This document shows positions 12,785 to 25,145 of a stretch of DNA of 64,000 bases, in pieces; position 1 is the first letter of the stretch; every line of letters begins with the position of its first letter. A program made the position numbers and the translations under genes. The DNA is from Octopus sinensis (taxonomy: Eukaryota). Under the pieces are notes generated by a model, which had not been told where the DNA came from, ran no database searches, and was given only the letters and a program-made list of their open reading frames with translations. Location: positions 55,614,001 through 55,678,000 of the forward strand of contig NC_043009.1 of assembly GCF_006345805.1 (NCBI RefSeq). The letters are read 5' to 3'.

Positions 12785-13987
12785 CTGTAATGAAAGTTGT
12801 ATATATGTAACTACTCTAGTTAATGTAATGAAATTTATACATTAATGTAATGCAGTGCATAAATATATACCTAGACAGGTTAATGTAATGAAAGCTGTAA
12901 CACACAGAAGATATAAAGCAAAACTAAATACATAAACTCAATACTTCAAATGCATTGATCCTAAGCTTCCTTATCTAGAGCTGTAGTACGTCTCATTATG
13001 AAGAGTTGCAATAAGAACTCTCTTGTATATAGAGTAATAATAAGTGACAATACATAGGGTTCCAATAGCTCTCTTTTTGTAGAGTTTTAGGATGGATATT
13101 CACAATTGTGAAGCTGGGAAGACCACTATCCAAGGAAATACTCAATACATAGATATGTAGAGCTGAAGAAGGCTTATTTGTAGTTGCCCAATGATGATCT
13201 TTGAATGAAATTTGTAGAATTGTAGTAAGTCTCTTTATGCAGAGTTGCACTAAGAACACTTATGCAAAGTTGTAGTATACCAGGTACAGGCATGACTGTA
13301 TGATTTGATGGAATTTTCCATCTACTCCCAGCTTGTCAAGCAACTATAGGAAGACTCTATCATTGCTTCATATAGTTGGGGTAGGTTGTTTATCACTTAA
13401 CTTGGCCTTAATTTAGTCTAGCTGTTACCATTCTGTTTGTCTTTATTTTTATTTTTTTCATCAGAAACATTGTACCTAATATTATATTATCTAATGTCTC
13501 TAGGTTTAATGGTTCAAACTAGAACTGGGCTAAACATGTTATTATGTAGAGATTCCTTTCATCATCATCATCATCGTTTGTACACTCAATTCATTTGACC
13601 CGTCTCCTCAAAATTGCAGGCCTTGTGTCAAAATTTGAAATCGTTATTATTATTATTATTATGATTATGATTAAGGCAGCAAGCTGGCAGAATCGTTAGC
13701 ACACAAGGTAAAATACTAAGCAGTATTTTGTCCATCTTTAGTTTTGAGTTCAACTTCTGCTGAGGTCAATTTTGCTTTTCAACCTTTTGTGGTCGATAAA
13801 TTAAGTACCAGTGAAACACTGGAGTTGATGTATTGACTAATCTTCGCCTCCCCCCCTCAAATTTCAGGCCTTGTGCCTTCAGTAGGAAGGATTATTATTA
13901 TTATTATAAATATTGTTAATATATTATCATTTTCTTGTGTAGCCGTGCAGAAAAGATTTATATTATAAACCAAGAAATTTATTTTAC

Positions 13988-14054
13988 CTTTTGTTGTTGC
14001 TTTAGAAATTTGAGGAGATCTCCTGAAGATAAGTATGATTTACCACGCACATAC
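13988..14054 (-). CDS. PLC exon: EF-hand-like region (RYVRGKSYLSSGDLLKFLKQQQK)
   Basis: Acceptor tttgaaag|G, donor AAG|gtaaaa; 67 nt, phase 2/0; Y.....L....L..FL..xQ motif; follows a 23.1-kb intron. Confidence 0.88.
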
Positions 14055-14171
14055 CTTTCAAATTTAATAAACAAATTGATTAATTAGCTGATCAATTAAT
14101 AACAAAAATAGCACAAAACAAAATGGAATATGTGAAGATTTCATATATATTTTCTCAAATCAAATATTTTA

Positions 14172-14568
14172 TCTCTCTTTTTACTTGTTTCAGTCATGTT
14201 GACTGTGGCCATGCTGGAGCACTGCCTTTAATTGAGCAACTCGACCCCAGGACTTATTCTTTGTAAGCCCAGTACTTATTCTATTGGTCTCTTTTGCTGA
14301 ACCGCTAAGTGATGGGGACATAAACACACCAGCATCAGTTGTCAAGCAATGCTAGGGGGACAAACACAGACACAAAAACATACACGCACATACATATATA
14401 TACATATATACGATGGGCTTCATTCAGTTTCCGTCTACCAAATCCACTCACAAGGCTTTGGTCAGCCTGAGGCTATAGTAGAAGACACTTGCCCAAGATG
14501 CCACGCAGTGGGACTGAACCCGGAACCATGTGGTTGGTAAGCAAGCTACTTACCACACAGCCACTCCT
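14172..14568 (-). mobile_element. SINE family A, full length
   Basis: Near-identical to 10172-10578. Confidence 0.9.
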
Positions 14569-15092
14569 AGGTAATTATTGATGATGATCATCAGCAAAAT
14601 TTATGTGGCAAAATGGTAAGTTTGGATAATAGTTTGTATATTATGAAATTGAAATGGCATCTGAAGTTTTGGGACTGACCCTTCAATGGAGGGAAAAAAA
14701 TTTACCTTTCTGATGAAGTATCAATCTTAAAATGCCAAATTATTTTCTACAAACCACTCTGTATAATTTTACGAGTTGAAATATAACAGGTTTCTTCCTT
14801 TTACTTTGTTTCAGTCTATAAACCGTGGCCATACTGGGGCACTGCATTGAAGGGTTTAGTCAGACAAACTGACCCCAAATACTTATTCTATCATTTTTGT
14901 CGAACACCTAAGTTATGGGGATGTGAAAAAAGACAACACCAATCATCAAGTGATGCTGAGACATAAACACAAACACACACACACATATATATATATTTAA
15001 CCATGATGGGCTTTCACAGAGTTTTTGCCTACCAACTTCATTCACAAGGCATACATACACACACACAACACACATTATATATATGTACATAT

Positions 15093-15127
<35 letters not shown>

Positions 15128-15920
15128 AGCACATTTCAGAAATCATCAATGGTATTTCAATTATAACCGCTTTATCTTTTTTTTTAAGTATAGAGTAACT
15201 AGTGTAACATTTCCAACTGAGACATTTCTTTTTTAAAAAAAAGGGCCCAATGTTATTTGAAGAGTTTTAGGCAATTAATTCTAGCAGATCAAGCAACAAT
15301 GTAACCCCCATAAAGGTTCTCTCACTACCATTTGTAATTTAATAGTTTGACTAATAGGTTATTAACAAACCAGCCAGTTCTGTATATGAAGGATAGCAGT
15401 TCAAACAGCAAGCAACTGTAAAAAAAATATTTAATCTTTCTCTTTGTCAATATTTGTATTGCTGTACAGTTTAATGTCATTGATTGACAGTTTTGTTACC
15501 ATGAAGTTCTACCAGCTGGTGCATTGATAGTCAGAATGCTCTCTTAGTAAAAAAAAGAATTGCACTCTAGTGAGCACCAATCAATAACATGAGAATGAAC
15601 ACTTACAGGCATATACACACACATCATATGTTTGTGTGTGTGTGTGTGTTTAAAACTTATTTTATGTAGAGTCATTATAAAAACAAACTGAAAAGTACTC
15701 AATACTTTTTTATACATATATTTTGGCAAGAAGAGTGACAGTATCTTCGAAGTTTTAGCCTGTTAGACTATGTAAAGCCAAGAGGAATCCAAATGTACCA
15801 CAGTGTAATGAAGGCTAGCAAACTGAAACTTCAAAGTCACTATCACCCTTCTTCATGTAAAAATATAAGTATTACATATATATATATACACACTCATAAT
15901 ACTTATATATTATATATATA

Positions 15921-16047
15921 CTTTATCAATAAAACTGCAAAAACATCACAAAATCTGTTACTCAGAGTTTCATGTTCCTGTCTGACGAATGGGAATGTGA
16001 AACTGAGTAACAGTTTTTGTGGTGTTTTTGCAGCTTTATAAATAAAG
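15921..16047. repeat. Foldback (about 58-bp arms) centred on a hammerhead core
   Basis: Left arm ctttatcaataaaactgcaaaaacatcac...catgttcc is the reverse complement of right arm ggaatgtgaaact...ataaataaag. Confidence 0.8.
15978..16013 (+). ncRNA. Minimal type I hammerhead motif, partly decayed
   Basis: ctgt-CTGACGA-atg-ggaa-tgt-GAAAC-tga-GTA-acag; stem I ctgt/acag; stem II weakened to A-U and G-U pairs. Confidence 0.5.
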
Positions 16048-16101
16048 CATATTACTCCACCTTGTTTCACATTTATGTACTTACTCTGGTATGTGTGTGT
16101 G

Positions 16102-16149
<48 letters not shown>

Positions 16150-16151
<2 letters not shown>

Positions 16152-16431
16152 GAAAATAAGACAAGGTAGAAAATCCTAATTTTATCATGAAATACATTTT
16201 GTAACGGTTAGCACAGTTTCTGTCTTTTTGACTTTGTCATCTCAGATTAAAACAAAAGTGGATATTAATTAAGAAAAACAAATTGATTTAATTGTTTTTC
16301 TTCTTAATTAATATCCACCTTTGTCTAACCCTCCGTTGAAAAACTCAAAAATACAGAAACTGTACTAACCATTACAATATGTATTTCATGATAAAATTAT
16401 TTTAGCATTTTCTACCTTGTCTTATTTTCCT
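16150..16431. mobile_element. Foldback element (about 130-140-bp arms) beside a (TA)n tract
   Basis: aggaaaataagacaaggtagaaaat... and ...attttctaccttgtcttattttcct; related single arm at about 21830-21910. Confidence 0.75.
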
Positions 16432-16696
16432 TATCCATATCAACTCGTGTGTCATTTTTCAACATTATATATAGATAGCATATTCTGACTTTTGTTTATT
16501 CTGTGGTACAAAAACATACAAAATTATATATCTGTATGCTATTTGGATCAAAATTTAAGAAAATCAAATATCTTTTATTGACAATTTATCAAATGTTAAT
16601 ATTATCAGAGAATTTATTGATTGAACTGAAAGAAAAACTACAGAAAGAAAAAAATATATTCATTGAACTAAATGAAAAAAAAAAGAAAAATATTGC

Positions 16697-16736
<40 letters not shown>

Positions 16737-18719
16737 AGAGGAGGAATTTGAAAAGTGTAAAAATAAAAAAATTTTTTTAAAAATCAATATTTTTCCAAAC
16801 TAAGATGTTAAAAATAAAACAATTTTTCAAGTTAACTTAAGATTAACAGCATTTATTACCAACATATTTTAAATTGCCTTAAACAAATTTAACTCTATAA
16901 ACATTAGAGAGTAATGTGTTTTCGTGTGTGTATGTGTGTGCATAGGTAAAAAAGAATTAAAAAAAAAATAAATGTAAAGCAACAGTGAATAGTGGTTCTT
17001 TTTGTGTCAAAATAGAATAACAACCATCACCTTTGTAATTTTCGTTGAGAGCAAAAGAAAAATATAAAATAGAGCAAATAAATAAATAGAAAAAAAAACC
17101 CTTCACAAGTTAAATTAGTTTAAAATTTAGATGAAAAAGATTTTAAAAATTAAACATTATCATTATTTTCATTTAATTTTAATTAGTTGGCTTCAATTAC
17201 AAATTTTGTCTTCTTGAAATAACCAACCCCAATTTTTCTCAGGTGTTATAATTGTTGTTTAGTCTACTCGAGACCAACTCCTAACTGTATTCTGCATTTT
17301 TCCCACGCATTGAATATACAAGACTATATCCAGTCTGAGAAACATTCTTTTCAAGGTAGAGTATGTAATATGAGTGGATTTGGCTACTATTTCTACCAGC
17401 TCAAGTGACAACTCAGATCCCATTGTTGGTTCTTCAATTTATATGTTGTAGAACAATTAAAAAAAAAAAAATGAAATGTCAATCAGAATTTGGCAATATC
17501 AGAAATGAGCCATTTGAGATGTTCTAGAGTATATTATTTTGTAAACCATTGGGAAAAGTGCCTTCAGATATTCAGTTACAATCTTTTATATTCTGAGTTC
17601 GAAGCTTGTCAAGATTAACTTTGCTTTCATCCCTCTGGGGTTAATAAAATAATGTACCAATGAAATACTGGGATTGATTTAAATGACTAACACCTATAAC
17701 CAGATCTGTGGCCTTGTGCCAATGTTAGAAATCCAGTGATGTGGTTTGATAAGATTATTGGTGCCAGACATTGTTGTTTAATATTAAGCATATTAAACAT
17801 GTGGAAGCAAAAAGATAACCAACTATCATTTAGTGACAAAAAAGATGACCTGTTATTTTTTAATATTTTACATTTAGTGGCAAAAGATGGCCAATTGAAT
17901 AATATATACTACCAACCAAATAAGGGTCAACTGTCATATTTTTGTTTCATGACCTAGATCAGTGGAAAGGTCATTGTTGTCTAATACTATACATTTAATG
18001 ACAAAAATGATGGTTTGCTAAGGTTTAATATTAAGTAGAGACAGATAATTCATTGTTTAATATAAAACATTTTGTGATAAAAGAATGGCTAACTGTTATT
18101 TAAAATTAAACATTTAATCTGGTGGTTTGTTGTTTCAAATTAGACATTTGTTTCAAGAAAGCTGGCCCCTTGTTGCTTAATACAAAATATTTGGTGACAA
18201 AAATGGTCCGTTGTTGTTTCATATTTAAATATTTAGTGACAAAATGTTTCATAAATATAGAATGCAATAAAAGAAACTAAAACTCAAGAAAAAGATTTTG
18301 AAAAGAAAAAAAATTTTTCCAATGATTTTGGGAAAAATTAATAGACCTGTATTGACCAAAACATACATTTTGGAAAGGAACATAAGAAAAGAAATGAAGA
18401 GAGAAAAGCTAAAGAGAAAAGAAACTGAAAGAGGAAGGGGAGAGAGGAAAGAGAGAAAGAGAGAGAGAAAGCAAATAACTTCAAGAATTTAAAGCTAATT
18501 TTCTTTATAATTTGGATTTACTTGGTTTTGATCATCTTAGACAAATAAATAAAATGTGTTGGTTGTTTTTGCTTATTTTTTGGTCTTATAACCCTATAAT
18601 CAAAGGCATTCCAGGTGTGATCATCCTGTCTTCTCTATCCAATATTCTATCCCCTTTTGGCTAAAAAGAACTGGAAGAAATGCAGCATGGTATTTTGTCC
18701 AATGATTTATTATTCCTGC

Positions 18720-19012
18720 CAATAATAGTGATAATGGTTTCCAATTTAACCACAGGACCATCAGATTTGAGGAGAAGGGGATTAGTTGATACCATCGACC
18801 CTGGTACGGGAGTGATGCTTTATTTTAATTGACCCCAGAGAGATTAAAGGCAAAGATAACCTCAAAGATTTTGAACTCAGACTATAAAGAGCCAGAACAA
18901 ATATCAGGTGGCATTTTTCTTTCAACACTAATGATTATGCCATCTCACCATGATGATGGTGATTTTTTTTATTCCTCACTAGAGAAATGGATGAAGAAGA
19001 CAATAATGAAGA

Positions 19013-19043
<31 letters not shown>

Positions 19044-19650
19044 TCCTTTCTACTAAAGGCATAAGGCCTGACACTTTGGGGGAGGGGGTAAGTCAATGTA
19101 ATCGACCCCAGTACTCAACTGGTACTTATTTTATCAATCCCGAAAGGATGAAAGGCAAAGTCGACCTTAGTGGAATTTGAACTCAAAATGTAAAGACGGG
19201 CAAAATGTTGCTAAGCATCTTGTCTGGCATGCTTCTTTCTATACTACAGGCACAAGACCATCAGTTTCAGGAAAGCATGTAAGTTGATTATATTGACTAC
19301 AGTACTTGACTGGTACTTTGTTTTATCTCAAGGTAAAGGCAACCTTCGCAGAATTTCAACTCAGAATGTAAAAAATTGGAAGAAATGCCACTAAGCATGG
19401 TAACAATTCTGCCAATAATAATAACAACAATAACAATAATAATAATGCTTTCAAATTTTGCCACAAGGGCAGCAATTTTGGGGAGTGAATGAGTTGATTA
19501 CTTCAACCTCAATCTTCAACTGGCACTTATTTTATTGACCCCGGAAGGATGAAAGGCAAAGTCAATCTTGGTGGAATTTGAACTCAGAATGGAGTGATGG
19601 ATGAAATACTGCTAAGCATTTTGTCCAGCATGCCAGCTTGCCACCTTAAT
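18720..19650 (-). repeat. Cluster of 4-5 diverged family B SINE copies with (aat)n spacers
   Basis: Repeated gatgaaaggcaaagtc...tggaatttgaactcag units separated by aataat runs. Confidence 0.75.
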
Positions 19651-19823
19651 AATGATAATAATAATTCAGAGGGGGAGGGGGTTAGTCATTTAAAATGATG
19701 TTAATACTAATGATAATTATAGTACTAATACTAATTGCGACCAAGCAGTTATATGAACGATCCTACTTTTAGTAGCTCCTGATGTAATAAGCATCACTAA
19801 AAATTTAGGTTAGAAGTTTTCTA

Positions 19824-19876
<53 letters not shown>

Positions 19877-21062
19877 TATATATATAGCAAAAGAAGAGTA
19901 AAATAGTTAACAAGGTGTGTACATTTAACAGACACCACATAATACACACGTGTAATTTTGCTGAGTACACAAAATAAAGTGCATTGCTCAAAAATACAGT
20001 GTGATGAAAAAAGGAGGAAAAAAGACAAATAAAAAAGAAAGAATTTTTTTTTTTTTCATTTTTGAGAATTTCATTCAATCTCCTATTTATGCCACCATCA
20101 TAAATACCTTGAAATACTAATCTTTGTTTGGAGTAATTTTTTTCAGAGATTTTTCATATGAAATATTTAAATGGAAAGAATTACAAAATGAATGATATAA
20201 ATGGAGAGTAAATAAAATGAGAAGAAAATAATGAAAAGAATAAGAGACAATGAATACATCAAAATTAATGAGAGACAGGGAGAAAGAGAAAGAGTAAAAA
20301 CATAATAAAATGAGAAAGACAGAATGAGAAATAATGAGGCTTATATGAGAAAGAGAGAGGGCAAAGTCCATGCAGAAGAGAATGGTGGCAACATTGCTGG
20401 TAAAACTGGTTATATGACCTTTTCAGAATGTCACTTCAGACAACCATACATACAATAGCAACACCATACAAATTATTGAACATCATTTATGTAACTTTTC
20501 TTTCATTAATGTAGGTTAATGCATATAAGTATATGTATGTCTGTGTGTGTGTGTAAGGTTTTTGCAATTGGGAGGAGTGGGGCACAATGCATAAAGCAGT
20601 GTCTGTGTATTATTTATTAGCTGTGAATCTAACACTGTGACTCAAAAGCTTAGAGTTTCATTTCAAAGAACTTGTCAAACTAAATAGAATTTAAACCAAC
20701 TATCACATGTATAGTAAAAACATTTAATCTTTCAGAAAGATCATCATTTAATGTCCACAACTCCATGCTTGCATAAGTTGGACAGATTTGAAGAGGCAGA
20801 TTTTCAACAGCCAGCAAAAAAAAGAACAAAAATTCCATTAAATAATTACACACATCAATCAAAGTAAATTAAAAAAAAAATTGTTGTATGATGTGAAAAT
20901 ATCTTTATTTTCTTTCTTTTTTGTGTGAAAATTTTTTTCAGATTGAGTCTGAAAGCTGTTTAGTTTGAGATGTTCTGTTATGAAACTCTAAACCTTTGTG
21001 TAATTTATGTCTCTCGATCTCTGAATCACTTAGTTTCACAGGTGATATATTACACATATATG

Positions 21063-21093
<31 letters not shown>

Positions 21094-21746
21094 CAGCACT
21101 AACATGCTATCTTAAAGATATTATTTTGAAAGTGATATGTACTTGATATATTCAGATTGTTTAGTATATTTTTGCATAAGAGCAAGGGTAAATAACAGAG
21201 GAAGAGTTAAGAATCAATAATGAGGATTCTGCTTAAGCTAGAAATACTTATGGTTAATGTTTAGCCTCAGGTCAGCTATGATTGAGCATACTTATTATGA
21301 AAGAGTTCCATTTGTGATTATACATCCTTTTGTATAGTCACATTCCCTAACATCTTTTTTGACTATCTATATATACATATATGAAGGCCTCTGTTGGTCG
21401 AAGGTGGCCAGATATTTGTACACAGAGACTTCCTCTCCAGAGTACAAGTTCAAGAAATGTTTATATAAGACTGTCAATTTATTTCTCTAAACTGACCAAA
21501 GCCTTGTGAATGGATTTGGTAGATGAAAGCTAAAAGAAGCCAGTCACATACATATGTGCATATATATATATACATATATATATATATATTTCCCTTTGTA
21601 TAACGGTAATTTTTCATAGCATTTTTCCAATGGCTGGATAACTGAAAAGATGGCAGCGTAGATTTTCACCTCAGCATCCGAAACTCGGAGTTTTATCATG
21701 GCTACCGAATAATTGTCACATATTACATTTACAATATATATATATA

Positions 21747-21794
<48 letters not shown>

Positions 21795-23767
21795 GAGGTT
21801 GAAAAGGAACACGTGAGTTAATATGTAAAAGGAAAATAAGACAAGGTAGAAAATACTAAAATAATTTTATCATGAAGAACATTTTAGTACTGGTTTCAGC
21901 CTTTGCAACTTTTTCTCTTTTTCAACTTAGAGTAAAGCATAAAAAACAAATTGTGGAAAAATTAAATGAAATCTTTTTTTAAAAATATTTCCCTAGTTTT
22001 CAAATGCAAGGGACATTTTCCTTTTTTCTGTCTGTCTCTTTTTTACTCATGTAAAAGGAGATGATGTAAGTATCCCAAATTTAATATCAGTTACAATTGC
22101 TTCAGTACCATTCTGCTTCAAACTACAATGCCCATAAATAACTGTATGATTATACATTATGTGGTACTGTCCTTTACAGAGCCCTACAATATGTAATAGA
22201 ACAGAAAGGGTTAACACAACAATAGATATGCTGATATATAAGCAGCACTCAAATGTGCTTTTGTCTGTCTGCAGTAAGAGGAGTAAGGAATTGTAGTCAA
22301 GAAGATACTTCTACATAAGAGTATGGAGTAGCAATAACCTTCTGTAGCTTGTGTTTGACATTTACTCATTCAAATGGTGTTTAGAAAGACATACACTATA
22401 CTTCTATGAAGCTACTTACAATTGTTTGGTAGTAATTGATCCTGGTATTCAATTTTCTCCCATAATATGTTATTGTTATGATAATTATCCTTTTAATTTC
22501 CTTGTTACAAATAACGTTTTGAACTTTAATCTTTCATTCATAGAACATTTTTTATTCTTTTCATTAATGACTTAGAGGAAGAAAAGCAGTCCTTTTCAGG
22601 TTTCCACGAGTAGTGGGGCAAAGAGAGAAATTTAATGTGAGACTGGTGACCTAACCTGAATACATGTAAAAGAGTGGACTCTATTAAAGACATCCAAGAG
22701 CTAAGTGGGGGGTGTTAATCTAGTTTCATCAATGTTAAGCGAGTTGTTGGTCATATCAGTTGGGATGCATCTGTGCATGTAGAAGTAGTGAGATAGATTG
22801 ACTTCAAGTAATGCTGCCTTGCACACCTGAGCTCCTCAAATAGGGCCTCTAGACAATCTACTTCACTAGCCATCTGCATACACCACCTCAAGCCCCAGGG
22901 TATATCTTATACTCTATTCTGGTTCATAGTTTGTGGAGGAACCCTATACAATACTAATCTTTGCATTTATGAATTATGCTATTGAGGACCATATCATGCC
23001 AAAATAAAACCTTAATTGATTCTCTAATGTAATCTTCCCTTGCAGACACAAATTCTGTAGCACCTTTGCTCATTATGTAAAGTCATAATTTCTCTTCAGC
23101 TTACTGTACTTGTATTATCTTCCACTACTTCCACTTCCTCCCATGTCTCTATGTCTATTGCCTCTAAGTTTATTAACAGCTTTATCATCAGAGATTGACA
23201 ACTCTGACCCCTGCTAGGTGAACTGACTACAATTTCCTTCTGCTAGCAATTAATTTCCATCTGCTTTCTCTAATCTCTATTTCTCTCTTTTTATCTTTAA
23301 ACCTTTATATCTATAAACAATACTAAATGACTCACACCTAGCACTCTACTCTTGAAAAGGTAGGCCGAATTTACTGAACAATTTCATCTAGACTTGTCAC
23401 TGGTCACACACCTATGACATGGTGCACATATCACCTACGAATATGGTTCTCAGATAATTTTGGTGGTTGAGATAAGACCTTGCATAATTGAAGAAAGAAA
23501 AGTAAACCAATGCTTTCATTACGTAATGTTTTTCATTGTATAAATTTTTTCTTCATTTATGATCTATATTTTATGCTCCATGTAAATATGTCTCAAGTCT
23601 GTGTTATCCATAACATTGTGGTTTAGATTCCTCTTATAAGATACTTCTGTACCATGGGCCTGAGCCTTGATGAGGAAGTTGGAATTTAAGTTCACATTCA
23701 TTTGAGCACAACTCTGTGTTATCTATACCAAGCTTACTTTGCTCTTATCCACTCATACTTTCTTCCC

Positions 23768-23816
<49 letters not shown>

Positions 23817-24772
23817 GTGTGTGTGTGTGTGTGTGTGCATATATATATACACCCACTACAATATATAACAATATATCTGCATATTCTATATATCTGTGTG
23901 TTTATATCAGATCCACCTTTCTCTTGCAAAATACTGGACAACTTGAAGTGGCTGGCAGTTCAAGTGACATCAAAAACACTTTGAATGCATATTTCATATA
24001 TATATATATATATACACACAATTATTAACATGTAAACTTGCGTGGTTAACTTCTGCATTCTGTATTCCTATACCATTGCTATGGTGTGTGTGTGTGTGTG
24101 GTATAGGTGCTTGCATGTTTGTATATATCAAACAGTTCTTGTGGTTTCTGATTATTAAAATGCCTCTTCTACAATGTAATTGCTATAGACACACATGTAC
24201 ACACAAAGCTTTGCTATTTTCAAGCAATTTCTTAGTAGGCAAAATATAAAATGCTAATTGCAAAAGTGCAATTATATCCTATGGAGATTTTACAGAAATA
24301 ATCAAAAGTAAATGGCACAGGAAAGTGCATATTGCCCTTTCAGCAAGTATGTATATGTGAATATGTGTGGTTATTTACGTATATGTCAAAGCATTTAGTG
24401 GAATAATGTGTACACATGAAAACAACTCTATATCTATCTGTCTCTAGCTCTGTATCCATCTATATATCATGCTCAAAGTATCTTTTTTTTTAAAGTAGAA
24501 GGAAATTGTAGTATAACAAAAACAACAGCTGTTGTTCTATATGTCTCTCCAGATAGCTGATAATTCCCCAATTTAACGGTGTCTGCAATGACTTTGGCAT
24601 TTAACATAAATGATACATAGAGAAATACTGGAACAAAATTAAATGTATTTGAAATTATTGTATCATTTCAATAGATAAATACTACCATCTTAAATGGGGC
24701 CATCCGGAACATGTCCAACAGAAGAATCCCTTAAATGTCAGAAAGAAGAGAATATGTATATAAGTATGTCTA

Positions 24773-25145
24773 TCAGGCTGAGTAAAAAGTAAGCAACGTT
24801 TTGAAACATGAAATTCATCACTATTTCAATACTGCGGAAATTTTATTCATCAAAGTAAGTACCATTACAATCAACACATTTTTGCCAACAAGTTTGTTTA
24901 TTCCGGTAACATAAAAATCTGGAGTTCTGGAGCTGATGAACTCTTTGAATGCACTTTCAGTACCGGTTTAATTTTTGAAGTCCTCCTCTTGCAGGGAACC
25001 ATCAAGGTGCTTGAAAAAGTAGTAATCAGTAGGAGAAAGGTCTAGGGAGTAAGCTGGGTGGGGAAGAACTTTGAGCCTAGTTCCCTCAACTTCAGGAGTT
25101 TCATTAGTGAAGCGTGTGGTCAGGCATTTTCATGAAGAATAGTAG
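24773..25145 (-). pseudogene. Mariner transposase 3' relic with element end
   Basis: Minus strand reads HENA*PH...VLPHPAYSLDLSPTDYYFFKHLD...WQKCVDCNGTYFDE* with stop and frameshift; TA-flanked end near 24773. Confidence 0.85.

Noticed and set aside
14700-14745. CTGATGA core resembling a third hammerhead
   Set aside because: GAAAC and GUH read AAAAT and GCC, and stem II does not pair; at best a dead relic.
21595-21735. GAAAC-tcgga-GTT with gataa/ttatc pairing
   Set aside because: No canonical CUGANGA core correctly placed on either strand.
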